In this document: positions 1 to 13,119 of the stretch, piece by piece | Layout: the number at the start of each line of letters is the position of its first letter | Position numbering within the stretch: position 1 is the stretch's first letter | Source: Phallusia mammillata | Lineage: Eukaryota | Reading direction: 5' to 3' | Length of the DNA: 64,000 nucleotides | Assembly: GCA_965637545.1 (NCBI GenBank) | Contig: OZ281494.1 | Span: 16,616,001 to 16,680,000 of the forward strand | Made by a program: the position numbers and the translations under genes | Notes under the pieces: model-generated | The model's input: only the letters and a program-made list of their open reading frames with translations | Database searches by the model: none | Told to the model about the DNA's origin: nothing

Positions 1-25
1 CCTTGTCTATTTCGACCAGACTTAC

Positions 26-764
26 CTGTATAAAAGAAACAGTATCACTCCAGCTCCTGCAATCAGAAGAGCTGCTGCTACAATAAGACCAATGTGTAGA
101 TCACTAAGTGCTGGGCTTCGACCTTTTATTTCTTCGTCCTTGTTGGTTTCAGAAATTCCTATTTCAGGTCTTGTTGATGGTGAAACTTTCGTACTAGTTG
201 CGGTTTCGATTGTCCCTGTAAGAATATTTACATAGTATTGTCGTGCGTTTTCAGCGACCAAAGTATGTTTTAACTATACCATATAGAAAAGCTTGAATTG
301 TGAGTTTTGTGGATTGATTTACTTTAAATCTTATATTGTTCCAGTTTGGCTCATCAAACACCTCGCAAGCTGCTTCATTTTCTTTTTCTTCTGGGTAGAG
401 CACCACGCATCCAGCTAATGCTGGAATCTCGTTTGGGAGTGGAACTATTGTTCCACTTGTTATGGTAATTACAATCTTACTGTATTGATCGCCTTTTAAC
501 TTCACGCACTGACTTTCGGGGAAGTCGTATGAAGTGGGAACAGTTTCTAACATCAGTAGTTGGCAGTTGCGGTTCATACCAACTGCAATACAAATGTTTT
601 AATACGAGATTACCATACACATGTGGATTTTATCATGCAAACAAATGCCTATAGTTGGTTGACTTTTACGACAAAACGATACGTTTAGAGTTCTAATGCT
701 CACCAGTTGTGGAGATGCATTCCAACAAAATTCCTAAAGCTGTCAAGATGGCAATAAGCAACAT
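26..764 (-). CDS. R1: type-I receptor with divergent CUB-like ectodomain; 3' part runs off the left edge of the window
   Basis: Exons 704-764 (MLLIAILTALGILLECISTT, signal peptide), 280-582 (Cys-containing beta-rich domain) and 26-215 (S/T stalk plus TM IGLIVAAALLIAGAGVILFLLYR). GT-AG sites give compatible phases. Confidence 0.75.
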
Positions 765-1366
765 AATATTTGTCTATTGTAACTAAACTGCAATTGAACG
801 CTACATTCCAAATGTTTGCTTGTTTTATTTCCTGCTGCTAAACACATAAACCCGCACCTGCACACAAACGTCATCTTGTATCGTAGTGATTAAACAATGC
901 GTCACCATAACACTATTCACAACATGCGTTTTCATCACATATGAATAGCCATTAAAAGTGTTTCGTTTCTGTTTGTGATTATAATTATTCAACCTGTTTC
1001 TTTACGAGGTTCGTATACGAGTAGCTATCACTTGATGGCTAATTATTTCTCAAATCAATTACGCATTTCTTCACCTTGTTGGTAATGCAGTTTGATATTT
1101 GAGTCAACGCTAAACGCAGAACACCATTATAAGCATATGGGAGTTACAATCTTAACTTTTTAATGTAAAAGCATATAGAGCCAATAAATGATAAAGATTG
1201 TAACTATTACACAAAAACACATAGCAAACTTTTAGCAGTTGATTTGGTGCGTGGAAAAAGTTATATCAAACTAAATATTAGCCTGTATATTTGCATGTAG
1301 TTCAGTTTTTGCAGTGTCTATTACTCTATATACGAATCACAGTAAATTAGCAACATTTTAGCCAGT

Positions 1367-2843
1367 TTAGGAGTCTACTACTACAGTACGAATCAATGCG
1401 TTGTCATACTGGTTAAAATGGATGATTGTAGTTGAGTACCTGTCGCTATGTTTAGCACTTTGATATGAAGTTGTATAAGATGGCTTGGTTGCTAATGTCT
1501 CGCTTTTATCATCAATCCGCTCCAATGTGGTTGTCGAGCCTTGTTCGGACAGCAATAACTCGTCGCTCGTGGTTGCCAATTGTTTGCCAGATGATTTTGA
1601 TTGGTAGTTGTGTCTGACCAGACCGTTCCTAATGTTGATAGGATTACAAAGGTTTCCGGGTGTTTGCTGTTTAAAACTGTAGTGTTGGTAGTTAGATTTC
1701 GATTTCCATCTTTTGGGCTATTGTCCCTCTTGGTATCGTTTGTGGGAGTATTTTGGTAATTTGTGGCCACTACCGCTCCGTGTAAACTTGTGGTTGATAG
1801 ATTGTCGTTTGTTTTATTGTTGGTATTTGTTGCTTGGCTTACGATTGTGGTTACCGGTATTTGGTTTGGGGTAATCGCTGTTAAAGTGTTAGATGCGCCA
1901 ACTTCGGTAGCTAATATCAGGGAGACTATTGTTGTAGCCATTACAAAATATTGGTTGTGGTCGGGTTTTGGGTAAAGTGTCCTGCTTAGAGTAGTCAATA
2001 AACAATCATACTCTTGATGTTTTTTTTGCTGAAACGTGGCGCTAACACATCTTGTACCAAGGTCATAGAAGACTCATTGCTAATGGTCGTTGTGGCCAAT
2101 GTTACTGTGCCCCAATTCTGTGGAGCCAACTCTGCAGAACATCATTTGATGTGTCGACTGGAACCAATGTGAAGCAACCCATAGTAGCTTGGTTACCTGC
2201 CAAATACCTTTTTGCAATTTGAAACTAAATTACATTTTTCTCAGTAGTATATGATTTTTGGAACTGTTGTAAAACGTTCACGCTAATTTCTAACATGTAA
2301 ATCACAGTACGCCAGGACTAAAAGAAAGCCCTTATTTCTGCGAATTGAGTACCACAGATTTGGCAGTGTACCCGCCAAAAGACGACATAAAAATACACTG
2401 CCCTATGCAGCACGCGCATGCTTTTTTGCTCCTCTTGCAAACCAGTCGACCTATGATTTGAGTTACATATTTAAACACTTACCGTTAACGATTACATATC
2501 CAACTGTGTTGTTAACGCGAATTTTACAATATCCTGGTAGGTTTATTGTAACACAGTCGTTCTCGCGAGAGTGGAATGTCTGTAGTGTGTTTTTCAATTG
2601 TAAATCCCGACAAGACATTTTAACTACAATGAGTTTGTTTAGATTATTTATCAAAATTTTGCTAATGTCAAACCTACACATTTTTCCAATTGCACTGTCA
2701 CCTTTTAAAACGTTTGGTCTGCAGGCAAAACAAGAATGAGTGCAAACTGCGATGCATGCAAATGGCCTTACCTGCTGATGTGTTAATTGGGGTCAAAAGA
2801 AAGACGATCAAAATAAGTCTTGTCGATATACGTATTTAAACAT
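1367..2843 (-). pseudogene. R2: decayed mucin-like/receptor gene
   Basis: Signal-like exon near 2772-2843 has its ATG out of frame. A Cys-containing exon lies at about 2480-2720. A long Thr/Asn-rich exon at about 1367-2200 is broken by frameshifts (ORFs 1492-1998 and 1367-1579 continue each other in different frames). Confidence 0.55.
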
Positions 2844-3248
2844 CTGATATCAAACCAATAAATTCATTTACTATGTACAGAAATTACTTAGGTTTCACCA
2901 TATGCTTATAGATCACAATACTATGAATGCGTCACTATTTTGTTTTGTTTGCCTGCCAATTTTACTGGTCTATTTCCTTACAGCTATTACACATTTATCG
3001 GCATTTTGCGAACCCGATTTGCATTTGTTTTGATATGTTTATTTTTGTTTGCATTTCAATGAAAAACTTTTTAAATATTTACGGTTTCAATGACTTATGA
3101 GGCAGTGACGAAATTAGTTCAAGTACATTGACAAAGTCAGACGAAGGAGTACAACAATGAAAGTTGGCATAAGCTTTCATGCATCTCAATTTAAACCACC
3201 CACTTCACCAATAGACCCATAACAATTTCTTTCATATTTCAAAATAGT

Positions 3249-4718
3249 TCATTTTCCAGTAGTTTCATACAGCACGTTTACAACTGTCTCCGGCTCACAT
3301 GGTTTTTCTGCAAATCCACTTTGGCCAGCCAGCATGTAGGGCGCTGCCTTTCCGTTTGTACGGGTGCTGTACAGCTCGTTGACGACAGTTTGCTTGTCTG
3401 GGTTAAGTTGATCGTCCGTAATCAACTCATAATTGTGATCGGTAACTGCTTTTGACTGATCATCGATGATTCCAGGATGTTCTTCCGCTTTTGATTTGTT
3501 GTTGCTGTTTGAACATAGACTTTATAAACAAAACTTACATGTATTTTTTTGTAATATGGGGTAATTTTTAATCATCTTGAGAAATAAATTTACAGGTAAA
3601 GTTTAATCAGAATTTGCAACAGGTGGTAGTGTTGGCCGTAAAGGTTACAAAGAAGCTTTATACCTTCTAATGCAAACAACAATGATGACCACACTAACTA
3701 GTAGCAAAACAACCGCTACAATAATCAATGCAAGATGGGTATTGCTCAGGAGACCTGAAAAAAAAACAGTAGTGGTGATTAGTTTTACTCTTGATGGTAT
3801 TTGTGCTTAAACTGCATATTGGCAAAACCTGCGTCTGCGTCCCTCTCAATAATGTGTTGTTGGGTTGTATGTTCTATACTTTCGGCCGTTGTTGGCATAT
3901 ACGTTGTAGAATTTAACCCTTTGGTCGATATGTTTCTATTTGCGTCTGCTGTGGTAAATGCGGTCACAGGTGAAGTTGAATTTGTTGTTGTTGTTGTTGT
4001 TGTTGCTAATGATGATAATGTTGGGGGTGCTCGAGTTTGCGAATCTGAATTTAAAAAAATGCTGTAAATTGCATTAAAACTTTTTCACGCATAATGGCTT
4101 ACCTTCCGAACAAGCAAAATATTCAATCTCAAAAATCTTGATTTCACCACCCGTCAAATGGGCAAAACCGCTGGAGACTTGCGAACGGTCAGATACCATG
4201 CACCTCGTATCACAAGTATTCATTGCTGACGTCGTACCAAAAACTAGACAATCACCTTCACGAAAATCAATACATTTTGACAACAATACTCAGCACGAAG
4301 AGGCTGAATAGGGAAAACACGCTTTTTATCGAACATTTTGACACATGCCAAAAGTATTACAAAATGTTTTTTCTTGAAACAGATAAAACGTTTCGAGCCT
4401 TTGTTTTACCTGCCATGAAAATAGGGTTTACTCGCGTACCAATTCCGCCTTGTATTATGTTGATTTGTATGGCATTGTATTGTGCTGGTATGTCGAGTTG
4501 TAGTTTGCAGGTAGTATCTTTAACTGCATACAATGTATAACTTTGGTTTTCCGTCGAAACCGTCAGAGGGTTATTTGCGCAAAGACCAGTAACATCTAGG
4601 ACAAAAAAAAATTGAGTTTATAATTACCGCGTTTGGCCTTGTAACCTATAATCAATTTTGTTACCGTACCTTCAAAACTGCAAGCAATCACAAATAATAG
4701 TACAGCTGTCAACTTCAT
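3249..4718 (-). CDS. R3: CUB-like receptor, class A tail
   Basis: Exons 4670-4718 (MKLTAVLLFVIACSFE), 4410-4595 and 4103-4255, a poly-Thr stalk at about 3830-4050, TM LALIIVAVVLLLVSVVIIVVCI, and tail 3249-3504 with HNYELI, VVNELY, VVNVLY. All exons join in frame. Confidence 0.75.
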
Positions 4719-5994
4719 CTTTAAATTGTATTTTAACCTTTTTACTGCAGTTCTATAAAACCTCTTGTGAACCTATAAGCAGTTTCAGTCTGCAGAAGAG
4801 AGAAACACCGAAACAATTTATTCATAAACATAGTTTGTCACCCTGTCGTTTACACCAGCAGAGTCACAATTTACTAACGCACGCATTCATCGTCGCTTTA
4901 ACCCTAGAAACCCTTACGTGAATCGTTTGTATAAACTCACGTTACAATTAAGGGCCTTCAGTTTTTTTCGAGATAGTTAGTTTATCAAATTTAAGTATAG
5001 TTTCTAACGATTAACTTTTGTAAATCTGATTATCTGTCTACTCTTAACTTCAAATAGCTTCCAAACTTCGTCTGCACTTCCATGTGGTCTGGTATTACGA
5101 AAAAAAACTGCCACCATGTAAGTTTCATGCTGTTTTTCTTTTGACCTTTCATTAAGATTTTGCCGATTCATTTTTCAAATGCGTAGTTTGGCATTTAATC
5201 AACTTCCGCGTCCAAATCTTTCTTTATAGTTTGAACACACTAAATTACACAACTTTTGTTTGTATGTAAGGCTCTGACTTGGTTTTGTGCAAAGTCCATG
5301 CGACTTTCAGCTGCTGTGCCATTTTCAGTGATACGTGGTATTGCTCGTCCTTTTGGCGCTCGTTTTTTGCTGTGTAATAAACTCGAAATAAAGAAGACCA
5401 AATACGTTTCACGTCCCGTCGCATCTCAACTACGTGCAATGAATTCATTTTCCAACTTTGGTCCGACTATTTTCGAAGTTTGATACTGCTTTCTTCAGCG
5501 TTGCAGCAATGCATATGACACTTGTTTGTTGCTACAATTGTTTTCCTAACCAAACACGGACTTTTAAAGAAACCGACAAGTTTGCCTAAAACAATCGAAC
5601 CCTAGTGGTATTTTTCCTTATTTGGTAGTTTTTCTTTACATATAACCGAAATGACTGTTCGAATTTTGAGTTACAAAAAGAAACATAAAATGGCTGCGTT
5701 TAGTTATATGGACGCCTCCCACATAGACAATACTGTAACTTGGTTTAAAAGCATGTTAATTAACGCTTGACCACCATACATCAACAAATGTTTTGCTGCC
5801 ACAAGCCTTTTTTGTCTACAAAACAGTTTTGTGTTGCTGCCAAACAATTGTTTCGTGCACAACAATCTTTCTCTTGAAGCAATGCGAGTTTCATTAAATA
5901 TGGTAACAACTTTAAATACTAAACCAGTAACGCACGAATTTAAACAACAAAACGCTCAATGGATTCCAAATGCAGGGGTCTAGAAGTTTCTCGT

Positions 5995-8245
5995 TTAATA
6001 ACCGTTTTGTTTTGTTTCTGTATTTGACTCTCTTTTTCGTATCAGGGAAGCTGGCATTGGATCGTACAGAACGTTTTTCACCATTCCTGGATTGGACCCA
6101 GTAGTTTGGAGCTTTTCTAGCGACTTGTGCTCGTAAAGTCGATTGTCCACCATTCCATATTCATGTGGTGGTCCGCACTCAGCATATGTTTCGTCTGTCG
6201 GTGTAACATCGTTTTGTTGGGCCCGAAACGTTACATCATCTGCCACGGCGTATACACCTTCCTGTTGTCGCCTATTCAGCTGCTGTTTGTCGGGCTTTGG
6301 CGTGGCTGCAGACTTTCGCCTGTAATGCACAGCACACTCTTTATAAGCTTAAAGTTTCTACTCTACTCATATATTCGGCACATTATAGACACACCCATTC
6401 TTATCGGCACATAATTAAAACCTAGTTTAACTAGTTAAGATGAACATAAATTCATAACTGGGATCAGCCCTGAAGCGTACAGTGATTGACTAGTTTAACT
6501 AGTGACAGTATGGAAATTACATTTACCTTCGCTTCAATAAACATACAACAGCAACTGCTAAGATGATTACAAGGACAAGAACAATCACTAGTGGAATGAT
6601 CAGATCAATATTGGTTGATGACTGAGGATTACCAGTGCTTTGGTTTGTTGAATTTGTAACAGCTACGTTGGTGGTACCTTTAAACGGAAAACTATTAACT
6701 TTAACAATGCATTGTGTTTTTCAACCTTTCTGCGAAAACATGCTATGCTGCAATTCGCTGCTAAGTTACAAAGCAATAGGTGAGCATCTTGAAATGGCAA
6801 GCGGGGGGCGGAACTGGTTGCTAACGGGTAAAAATTTATTCATGCATGTGGTTGCAGAAGCCAGCAGCCAATGTTCAAAACTCACTGAAGGTTGGTCGTT
6901 TTATCAGATAAGATTTTGTGGACTGTACTGAGATAGAACTGGCTGTCGTAGAGCCGTTTGGTGGCGCCACTGTTGTGGGAGCTGTGAGATAGAAGAATAT
7001 CTAAAAATCTGTTTTTCTCCGGATGTTCGAATAGCAACAAACGGCACTTAACCAAATGAGGTGTACAAAGTTTTGACGCTCGTTTTTTTAACTGTGGCAG
7101 TAACTAAACGATTTTCATTTTATACCGTACCTACGAACGTGCAGTTGACCACGTGATAATAAAAGGCAAAACCTTTGTTTTCTTTTGCGTTGTTGGATAC
7201 AAAAGTTACATTGGGGTGCATCCACTTGTCAACAGTGGTAACGTTGGCGGCAATTCGGTGACAAAACATCTCAAGTTTCATGCAGGTCGTGGTATTTGGA
7301 CCATGATATCCGAAACACTGAAAGGGGAGATTAGAACCGCAGAGTGGTGTGCCTGTAGTATGTTAAAATTATAGCATATCAGAATTTTTAAGTTTATTAG
7401 TTTTATCTAAAAACCAAATGACCCAAATTCCGAGCCATAAAGAACAGCGTGTTCCAACGAACAAAAATTACTTGCAATAGTTTTAGTCTGGCCCTACATG
7501 GACATGTCAGTCAATTACTATTAAAAACGTTAGTAATGCTATTTGCTATTATGTACGCCTTTACTTTGGCTATCCGTTAATTTTTTTTAAAAAGCACGAA
7601 CAACTTGTACCTACTGCATGGGGCCTTAGTTTTATGTGCTGCTCGATTGCACCATTGTGCGGAACAGAAAACATTGTGTAACTTACCGTCTGGCAGAAGC
7701 AGGTAATCGTCGCATCCATTCTTACCCTGAGCGATGTTAAGTTTGTAAAACTCGATCAAAATTCCTTGGTCAATGGCTACCGGAAACTCCCACACGCAAT
7801 GCTCATTCCTTCCGTAATTTTTCTTGCCAACAGGGTGTGAAATATTTCCGTGCGGTTTGTTTAGGTATTGGGAACATGTTTGTCTGGGCTGCTTATTTGG
7901 TCCCGCCTGTGTTGGCTGCGTCGGCTGTGTTGGCTGTGTCGGCTGCGTCGGTTGCGTCGGTTGTGTTGGTTGGGTAGGCTGTATTTGTGGCGGCTGTTTG
8001 CGCTTGCGTTTCTTTGCCGATGCCAGGATAAATACTGAAAGATTTGTAAACATTTTTTTAAATCTGTTTTATTTTTCAAAAGTAAACTTAAAACAATTTT
8101 ACCTGCATTTTATTAAACATAGTAATCCTAGATATAATCAGCAGTTTTTACGTAAAATACAATCAGTTTTACTTACAATGTGATTATAATTACAAGCATC
8201 ATTACCTGCCATGAGTAAAATCCACGACAGCTTCGTTATTCTCAT
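5995..8245 (-). CDS. R4: CUB receptor with N-terminal (PTQ)8 extension, class A tail
   Basis: Signal exon MRITKLSWILLMA. Exon 7687-8034 encodes KKRKRK, (PTQ)8 and the CUB N-half TCS..HGNISHP..YGRNEHCVW..GCDDYL. The next exon gives PLCG..FVSNNAKENKGFAFYY. Stalk and TM IIPLVIVLVLVIILAVAVVCLL follow; the tail has GVYAVA, VDNRLY, VKNVLY. Confidence 0.85.
7908..7979 (-). repeat. 9-bp coding tandem repeat encoding (PTQ)8
   Basis: Eight degenerate ccN-acN-caR units read directly in the R4 CUB exon. Confidence 0.9.
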
Positions 8246-8775
8246 CCTTGTTCAGTAAACCATTACCAACCTTATTCAGTACTTAATTTGTATTTTAAAT
8301 GTTTTGTCCCTGATATGCACTAAAACTTGGGCTGAACACTGATTGAAAGCTTAATATTCGACCCATGTGTACGCTTATTATGCCCACAAGGCACTGGAAA
8401 ACCGCAAGGGCTTAAAATGCACGAAGCTGTTTCTTTTTCAATACCTGTGGCGGTAATCTGTCATCTTGGTCTGTATGCCTGTTTCCTGTATTCGTGGCAT
8501 GCGACACTTTCTATTGCTGCTCTATGTAACCTGAGTCGACCCTATTCATTGCAAGCACTACCTCGAACACCACACGTTATGACGCGTAGAGTTGGAATCA
8601 ATGTTAGGAATTAGTGCATGTAACTATAGACAACGTTTTATTAATGTACAATGGAAATGAAAAAAAGCAATTATGTGGTGTATCAAAATAATTTCGTTTT
8701 TCTTGTGTTAAAATGTCCGTTATTTTTACAAAAAAAAAACTGTCTGCTTGTTGGGAATCAAATCCGTACGTTGAT

Positions 8776-9884
8776 TCAAGTTTCGCTTAACTTCATATCT
8801 TCCATCCCGACTTCTTGACTGTGGTAAATCATGTTTTCTTTGACTTCGGCATATTCGCTTGGTCCACATACCTCATACGGATTTTCTAGTAAATTGTTGC
8901 CGTGCCTGGTTATGTCAATAGCGGTTACGTAAGTTTGTGAGTTGTTGTCATTGCCAGCATCAATCGGTCGTTTTGAAGCTTTTTCTTTTGAATATCTACA
9001 ACAATAAGTATTTTTTGTAGCCCTGTATAATCTTCCAACAGTTTCTACTAGTGTTATTGTAGTTTACCCACCTTCTGTAAAGGAGCCCAACAGCTACTAC
9101 AAACAAAACAACAGCTAAAAGACCCATGGAAACTTCGAGTGGTTTCTTTCTCTGTAAATCTAAATAACATTTGGTGTTAGCGTGTTTGTTGCCAATCTTG
9201 TTACGACATTAAGTAATGTTCATGTAGTGTTATGTTTTGCCTTTATCTTGGTTACTTCACTTACCGACTTAAAAAGATAGAGGGACAGACAAAATGCTAT
9301 GTTTCTGTCTTTGGATACGATGAAAGCAAAGTACGACGATTACTGACCTGTTTTTAAGCAAGGTATCCATGTATAGTGGAACTGTATTGGATTGTTCGAA
9401 GTATAGACAATTGTGACGTGTGACAAGACTGGCACAGGAACATTAAAGAAATTGCAGCTGTGTGATTTTTTAAATATATTTTTTCCGTTCTTCGCTTGAA
9501 ATTTCCTATCTATTGTACATAATGGATAAAGTGTGTCTTATTTTAAGGCTTATGTAGTTGTTTTCACTCACCTTGCGTTTTAAACCAAATTCCTTCTGGT
9601 ACCGATGAAAACGAAACAACAAACGCTGCCTGTCTTTTTAATCTTACAAACCAGGTGCATTGACGTGGAGCGCATTTATTTTTTTCGACCGTTACGACTC
9701 CGGAAGGTTCATCCAACATACGTGCTGTCGCGTATTGTCGTGTATTTCTCACTGCTTGTACGATATCTAATACATAGTAGAAATGATTTTTCACCAATGA
9801 AATTTCCCCTTTTTAAAAATTCATACCTGTCACGTAGAATGTCATAAGTAATATTATTGCTTTTACTATTGTCCAAAATTTCAT
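8776..9884 (-). CDS. R5: divergent CUB receptor, class A tail with canonical ITIM
   Basis: Signal MKFWTIVKAIILLMTFYVT; CUB halves ..EPSGVVTVEKNKCAPRQCTW.. and ..FHYTWIPC; short TM MGLLAVVLFVVAVGLLY; tail with ENPYEV, SEYAEV, KENMIY. The stalk-to-TM junction is unresolved, so the gene may be damaged. Confidence 0.6.
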
Positions 9885-10396
9885 CGTTCTCGTCTTTTTT
9901 TCAAACCCAGTTTAGTGTTGTTCAAAAAGTAACAATGCCTACATACTTTTAACGCTTTTATGTTGATCATAGTCGTTTAGCAGGTCATGCGTTGGGAGAC
10001 GACACGACGCACGTCACTGTCGCTTGAATTTATTAAATTTGTCTCGCTAAATACGCTTGTGTCTTGCTTTAAGTTTCTGTCCCAACTTGTACGATTTTTT
10101 TGGTTCAGTTTACGACCGACGAATACATTTCCGAACACTTTGTACTACCTCAAAAATATTTTCAAACATGATCTTTACAATTACTGACAGTGGTAATATT
10201 ATGAATATCTGGTAAAATAACCATAAATGAAAGTTAAAATGAAATTTCATTTAAAAGAATAAAAGAACTATGTTAAAATGATCAGTAAATGAATATGCCA
10301 GTGTGTTCAAGACCAGTTGCGATACCAAAGAAAGTCAGAAAACTCACAATACCTAAATACAGTGTTTACCTTGCATGAAACATGTAAAAAAGGTGA

Positions 10397-12092
10397 CTAT
10401 TTTTCATGTAATACATTATATTTCTCTTCCGCCTCTGAAATAACCGCCATACTTCTTAACCAACCACATTTTTCGGCTCACCGGCGCTTTGTATTCGGTA
10501 AATTTCATTTTCTACCACTTCTGCGAACTCACTAGGTCCACATTCGTCGTAAGAGTTTTCGAAGTCAGTAACATCTGTCATGACGTTTTCGGCGGCGGTG
10601 TAAACCACTTTGCTAAATAAACTGAATAGAACAAGAAGATGATACGAGATTAAGTACTGTTTGTTTTGCTGTAATTAAAAATGTATGTTTATAAAACGAC
10701 CTCTTTGCCAATTTAAATGAACCAACCTTCTGCATAGCAAGCCGATAGCCAATGCTAACAAGGCGATAATTAGAACTGCGCCACCTGCTGTAAGTGCAAT
10801 GAATAAAATGTTGTCGGTGAAGAGAAATTCCATGTTTTCCGTCGCTCCTGCAACACATTATTCAACATGCATAAATCGCAAACGAACAAAAGCATCAGTT
10901 AATTTTTGATGTACAAATCTACGGTTTTCCAAATATACCAACAAGATCTACCTGTCGATGTCGATCTGTTTCGGGTTGTTGATGATATTGCCATTGCTTT
11001 TTTCAGTTGTTGGCATTTTAGTTGTAACAATGGGAAAAATATTTGTACATCGTTTGGTAGGTTCGACAAGAATATGGTAATTACCGAAGTTTGAACAGGC
11101 CGTGATTTCATAATTGAAAGAGAAATCAAGGCTCGATTTGTAAACAATGTCTAGAGTTGGTGTTGAAATAGTGTCTCCATCGTTGTGAAAACAATGTTGG
11201 GATCCTCCGAAAATATTACGGCCTTGTGATGGCAATGTCTAGAGCAGGGGTCCGCAAATAGTGGGTCGCGACCCAAATTTGGGTCGCGAGACCTTCCAGT
11301 CTGGGTCGCGAAATATTTTAAATTTCCCAGGAATATAAGCATCGCATCTACAGTATTAATGAATTTCGGCTTTTTTCAACCTTTTAATTATTATTGCATT
11401 GTTACGTATGACTACGTAACTGTGACATACAGTCTATGTAACAATGCAAAAAGTTAAGCGCACCTATGCAAGCATGCGTTTTCTGATTAGCTGTGTTCTC
11501 AACACAGAGCCCACAGTTCTCATTTGTTAGTATAAATACGTTCGTTTCCCTACTGTTTTATGTGAAAATAGCAACTGACAATAGCATAATAGCAGTCTTA
11601 ATATTGATATTTAGTTGATTAGTATTTTCCACAGACTTAATGCTTGGGTCGCGAGAATTTAGAGCAATTTTTTTAGGGTCGCGCCAAAAAGTATTTGCGG
11701 ACCCCTGGTCTAGAGTACACACATAAACACGTTATAGTGGCAACCTGAAATTAAACCTTGTACAGTACAAACTTCCACCTGAAGCTTTCGGACTTAAACC
11801 CATTGGGACTGTACGAAAAGTGACAACCACAACTTGGCGGGGTTGGAGTATAAACTTCCATTTGCACGTGTCTTTGCACTCATTGGCGTCAACTGATACG
11901 GCACCCGTTGGTTTTGCTAACTTAAAAGTAATTGGCGTATCGGTCCCCCAATACGCACCACCTTTAAAATCAATACAATTTTGTTACTACTGAAATGGGG
12001 AGCATGTTAGAAAAACGACTTCTGTAAACCCAATTAATTATACCTGCAACTCCTATAATCACCACCAGAAACAGTGTACTTCGGTGATCCAT
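10397..12092 (-). pseudogene. R6: paralog of R5, disabled
   Basis: Signal MDHRSTLFLVVIIGVA. The first CUB exon has two in-frame stops (..KLY*F*RWC..). A hAT MITE sits at the 5' edge of the second CUB exon. TM IALTAGGAVLIIALLALAIGLLC and tail ENSYDECGPSEFAEVVENEIY..EKYNVL remain open. Confidence 0.65.
11245..11707. mobile_element. Non-autonomous hAT (Charlie-like) MITE, 463 bp
   Basis: 16-bp TIR caggggtccgcaaata / tatttgcggacccctg, perfect 8-bp TSD gtctagag (11237-11244 and 11708-11715), and subterminal gggtcgcg repeats. Confidence 0.95.
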
Positions 12093-12268
12093 GTATTTGA
12101 GCTCCAACGATGGGGTTTTGTTATCTGGTATAGTTCTGCTATACTGCCTATGGCTATAAGCTGGGATTCATCCAATAAATAGGCAATAATGCAACTTTTA
12201 CTTTTCAGACAAGAGTTTTGAAATTTAATAAGTGATGGTCTTTTCAAATTGCGCGATCTTTAAGATTA

Positions 12269-12740
12269 TCATCGATTTAATTTGTCTACGGTTATTTCCT
12301 TTAATGCCATACATTCGATGTGACTAGACTCAGAGGCTGTGGCGGCAATAACATAGTGGTTTTTAATATAACTTTGTGGTACAAATGTATTGTCTTTCAT
12401 TTTGCGTTGGACCTCACACATTGATATGTCAGTTTCGTTGTCGACAATCCTATACACTTCATTATCACGTGATACAGACTCGGAGCTGACGTAAGAATTG
12501 GCGTCATAAGTTTGGGTGTCTTTTGTGTAAATTGCGTCAATAATTTTTGTGGAATAAAACCGAATCACATGCCAATTTTCTGTTAATCTTTTACCTTGGG
12601 TAAATTTAAAGACCGGGTAAACATAGCATGCACAAGACTTTGCAACGAAATGTATTCCAAAGAATGTACCTACGGTATTGGACAAAAACAAGCCAATGAC
12701 AAATGTAAAGAAATCCTTTTCACTAACGATAGAAAAGGCT
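12269..12740 (-). other. R7: possible TM-plus-tail remnant or short-ectodomain gene
   Basis: Open frame with hydrophobic FFTFVIGLFLSNTVGTFFGIHFV followed by a tail-like segment (DAIYTK, NEVYRIV). No convincing signal or ectodomain exon was found. Confidence 0.3.
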
Positions 12741-13119
12741 GATGAAATATAAAAGTTTAAGACTTCGATGAAACGTACATGAATAAACTGAAATTTACAT
12801 AAAACATGGGCCCATTCCATCGCAGAACAATGGTGACGGATCTCATGCTTTGCTATTCATCTTTGCGCAAGCTACCACCACTTAAAGTTCCGGTAAGGGC
12901 CATTTTACTATTGACTTACATAGACATTCTTTACATGCATCTCAATCGAAAGCGTTTTACTGGTCAGGGTTTACGATGCAAAATCACGTTCACTTATATT
13001 AAAAATTACAACGAAAACACTAATAGGTTTCACAGTTTTTACGCATGACTTTTGCACATCAAATAAAAAGTAACATCAACAAGCTAAACCAGGCAAAATG
13101 GAAAAGAGATGTTTATTGG

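Noticed and set aside
3539-3575. Possible 37-nt poison exon in R3 giving a tail-less isoform
   Set aside because: The downstream intron would be only 34 nt, and the TM exon already splices in frame to the tail.
5000-5480. Broken minus-strand reading frame between R3 and R4
   Set aside because: It has multiple stops and no recognisable family motif, so I could not assign it to a transposase or receptor.
4050-11003. Apparent homopolymer frameshifts in the R3 (A7 at about 4053-4059) and R6 (T6 at 10998-11003) stalks as phase variation
   Set aside because: Both disappear when nearby in-phase AG acceptors are used, so there is no evidence of slippage switching.
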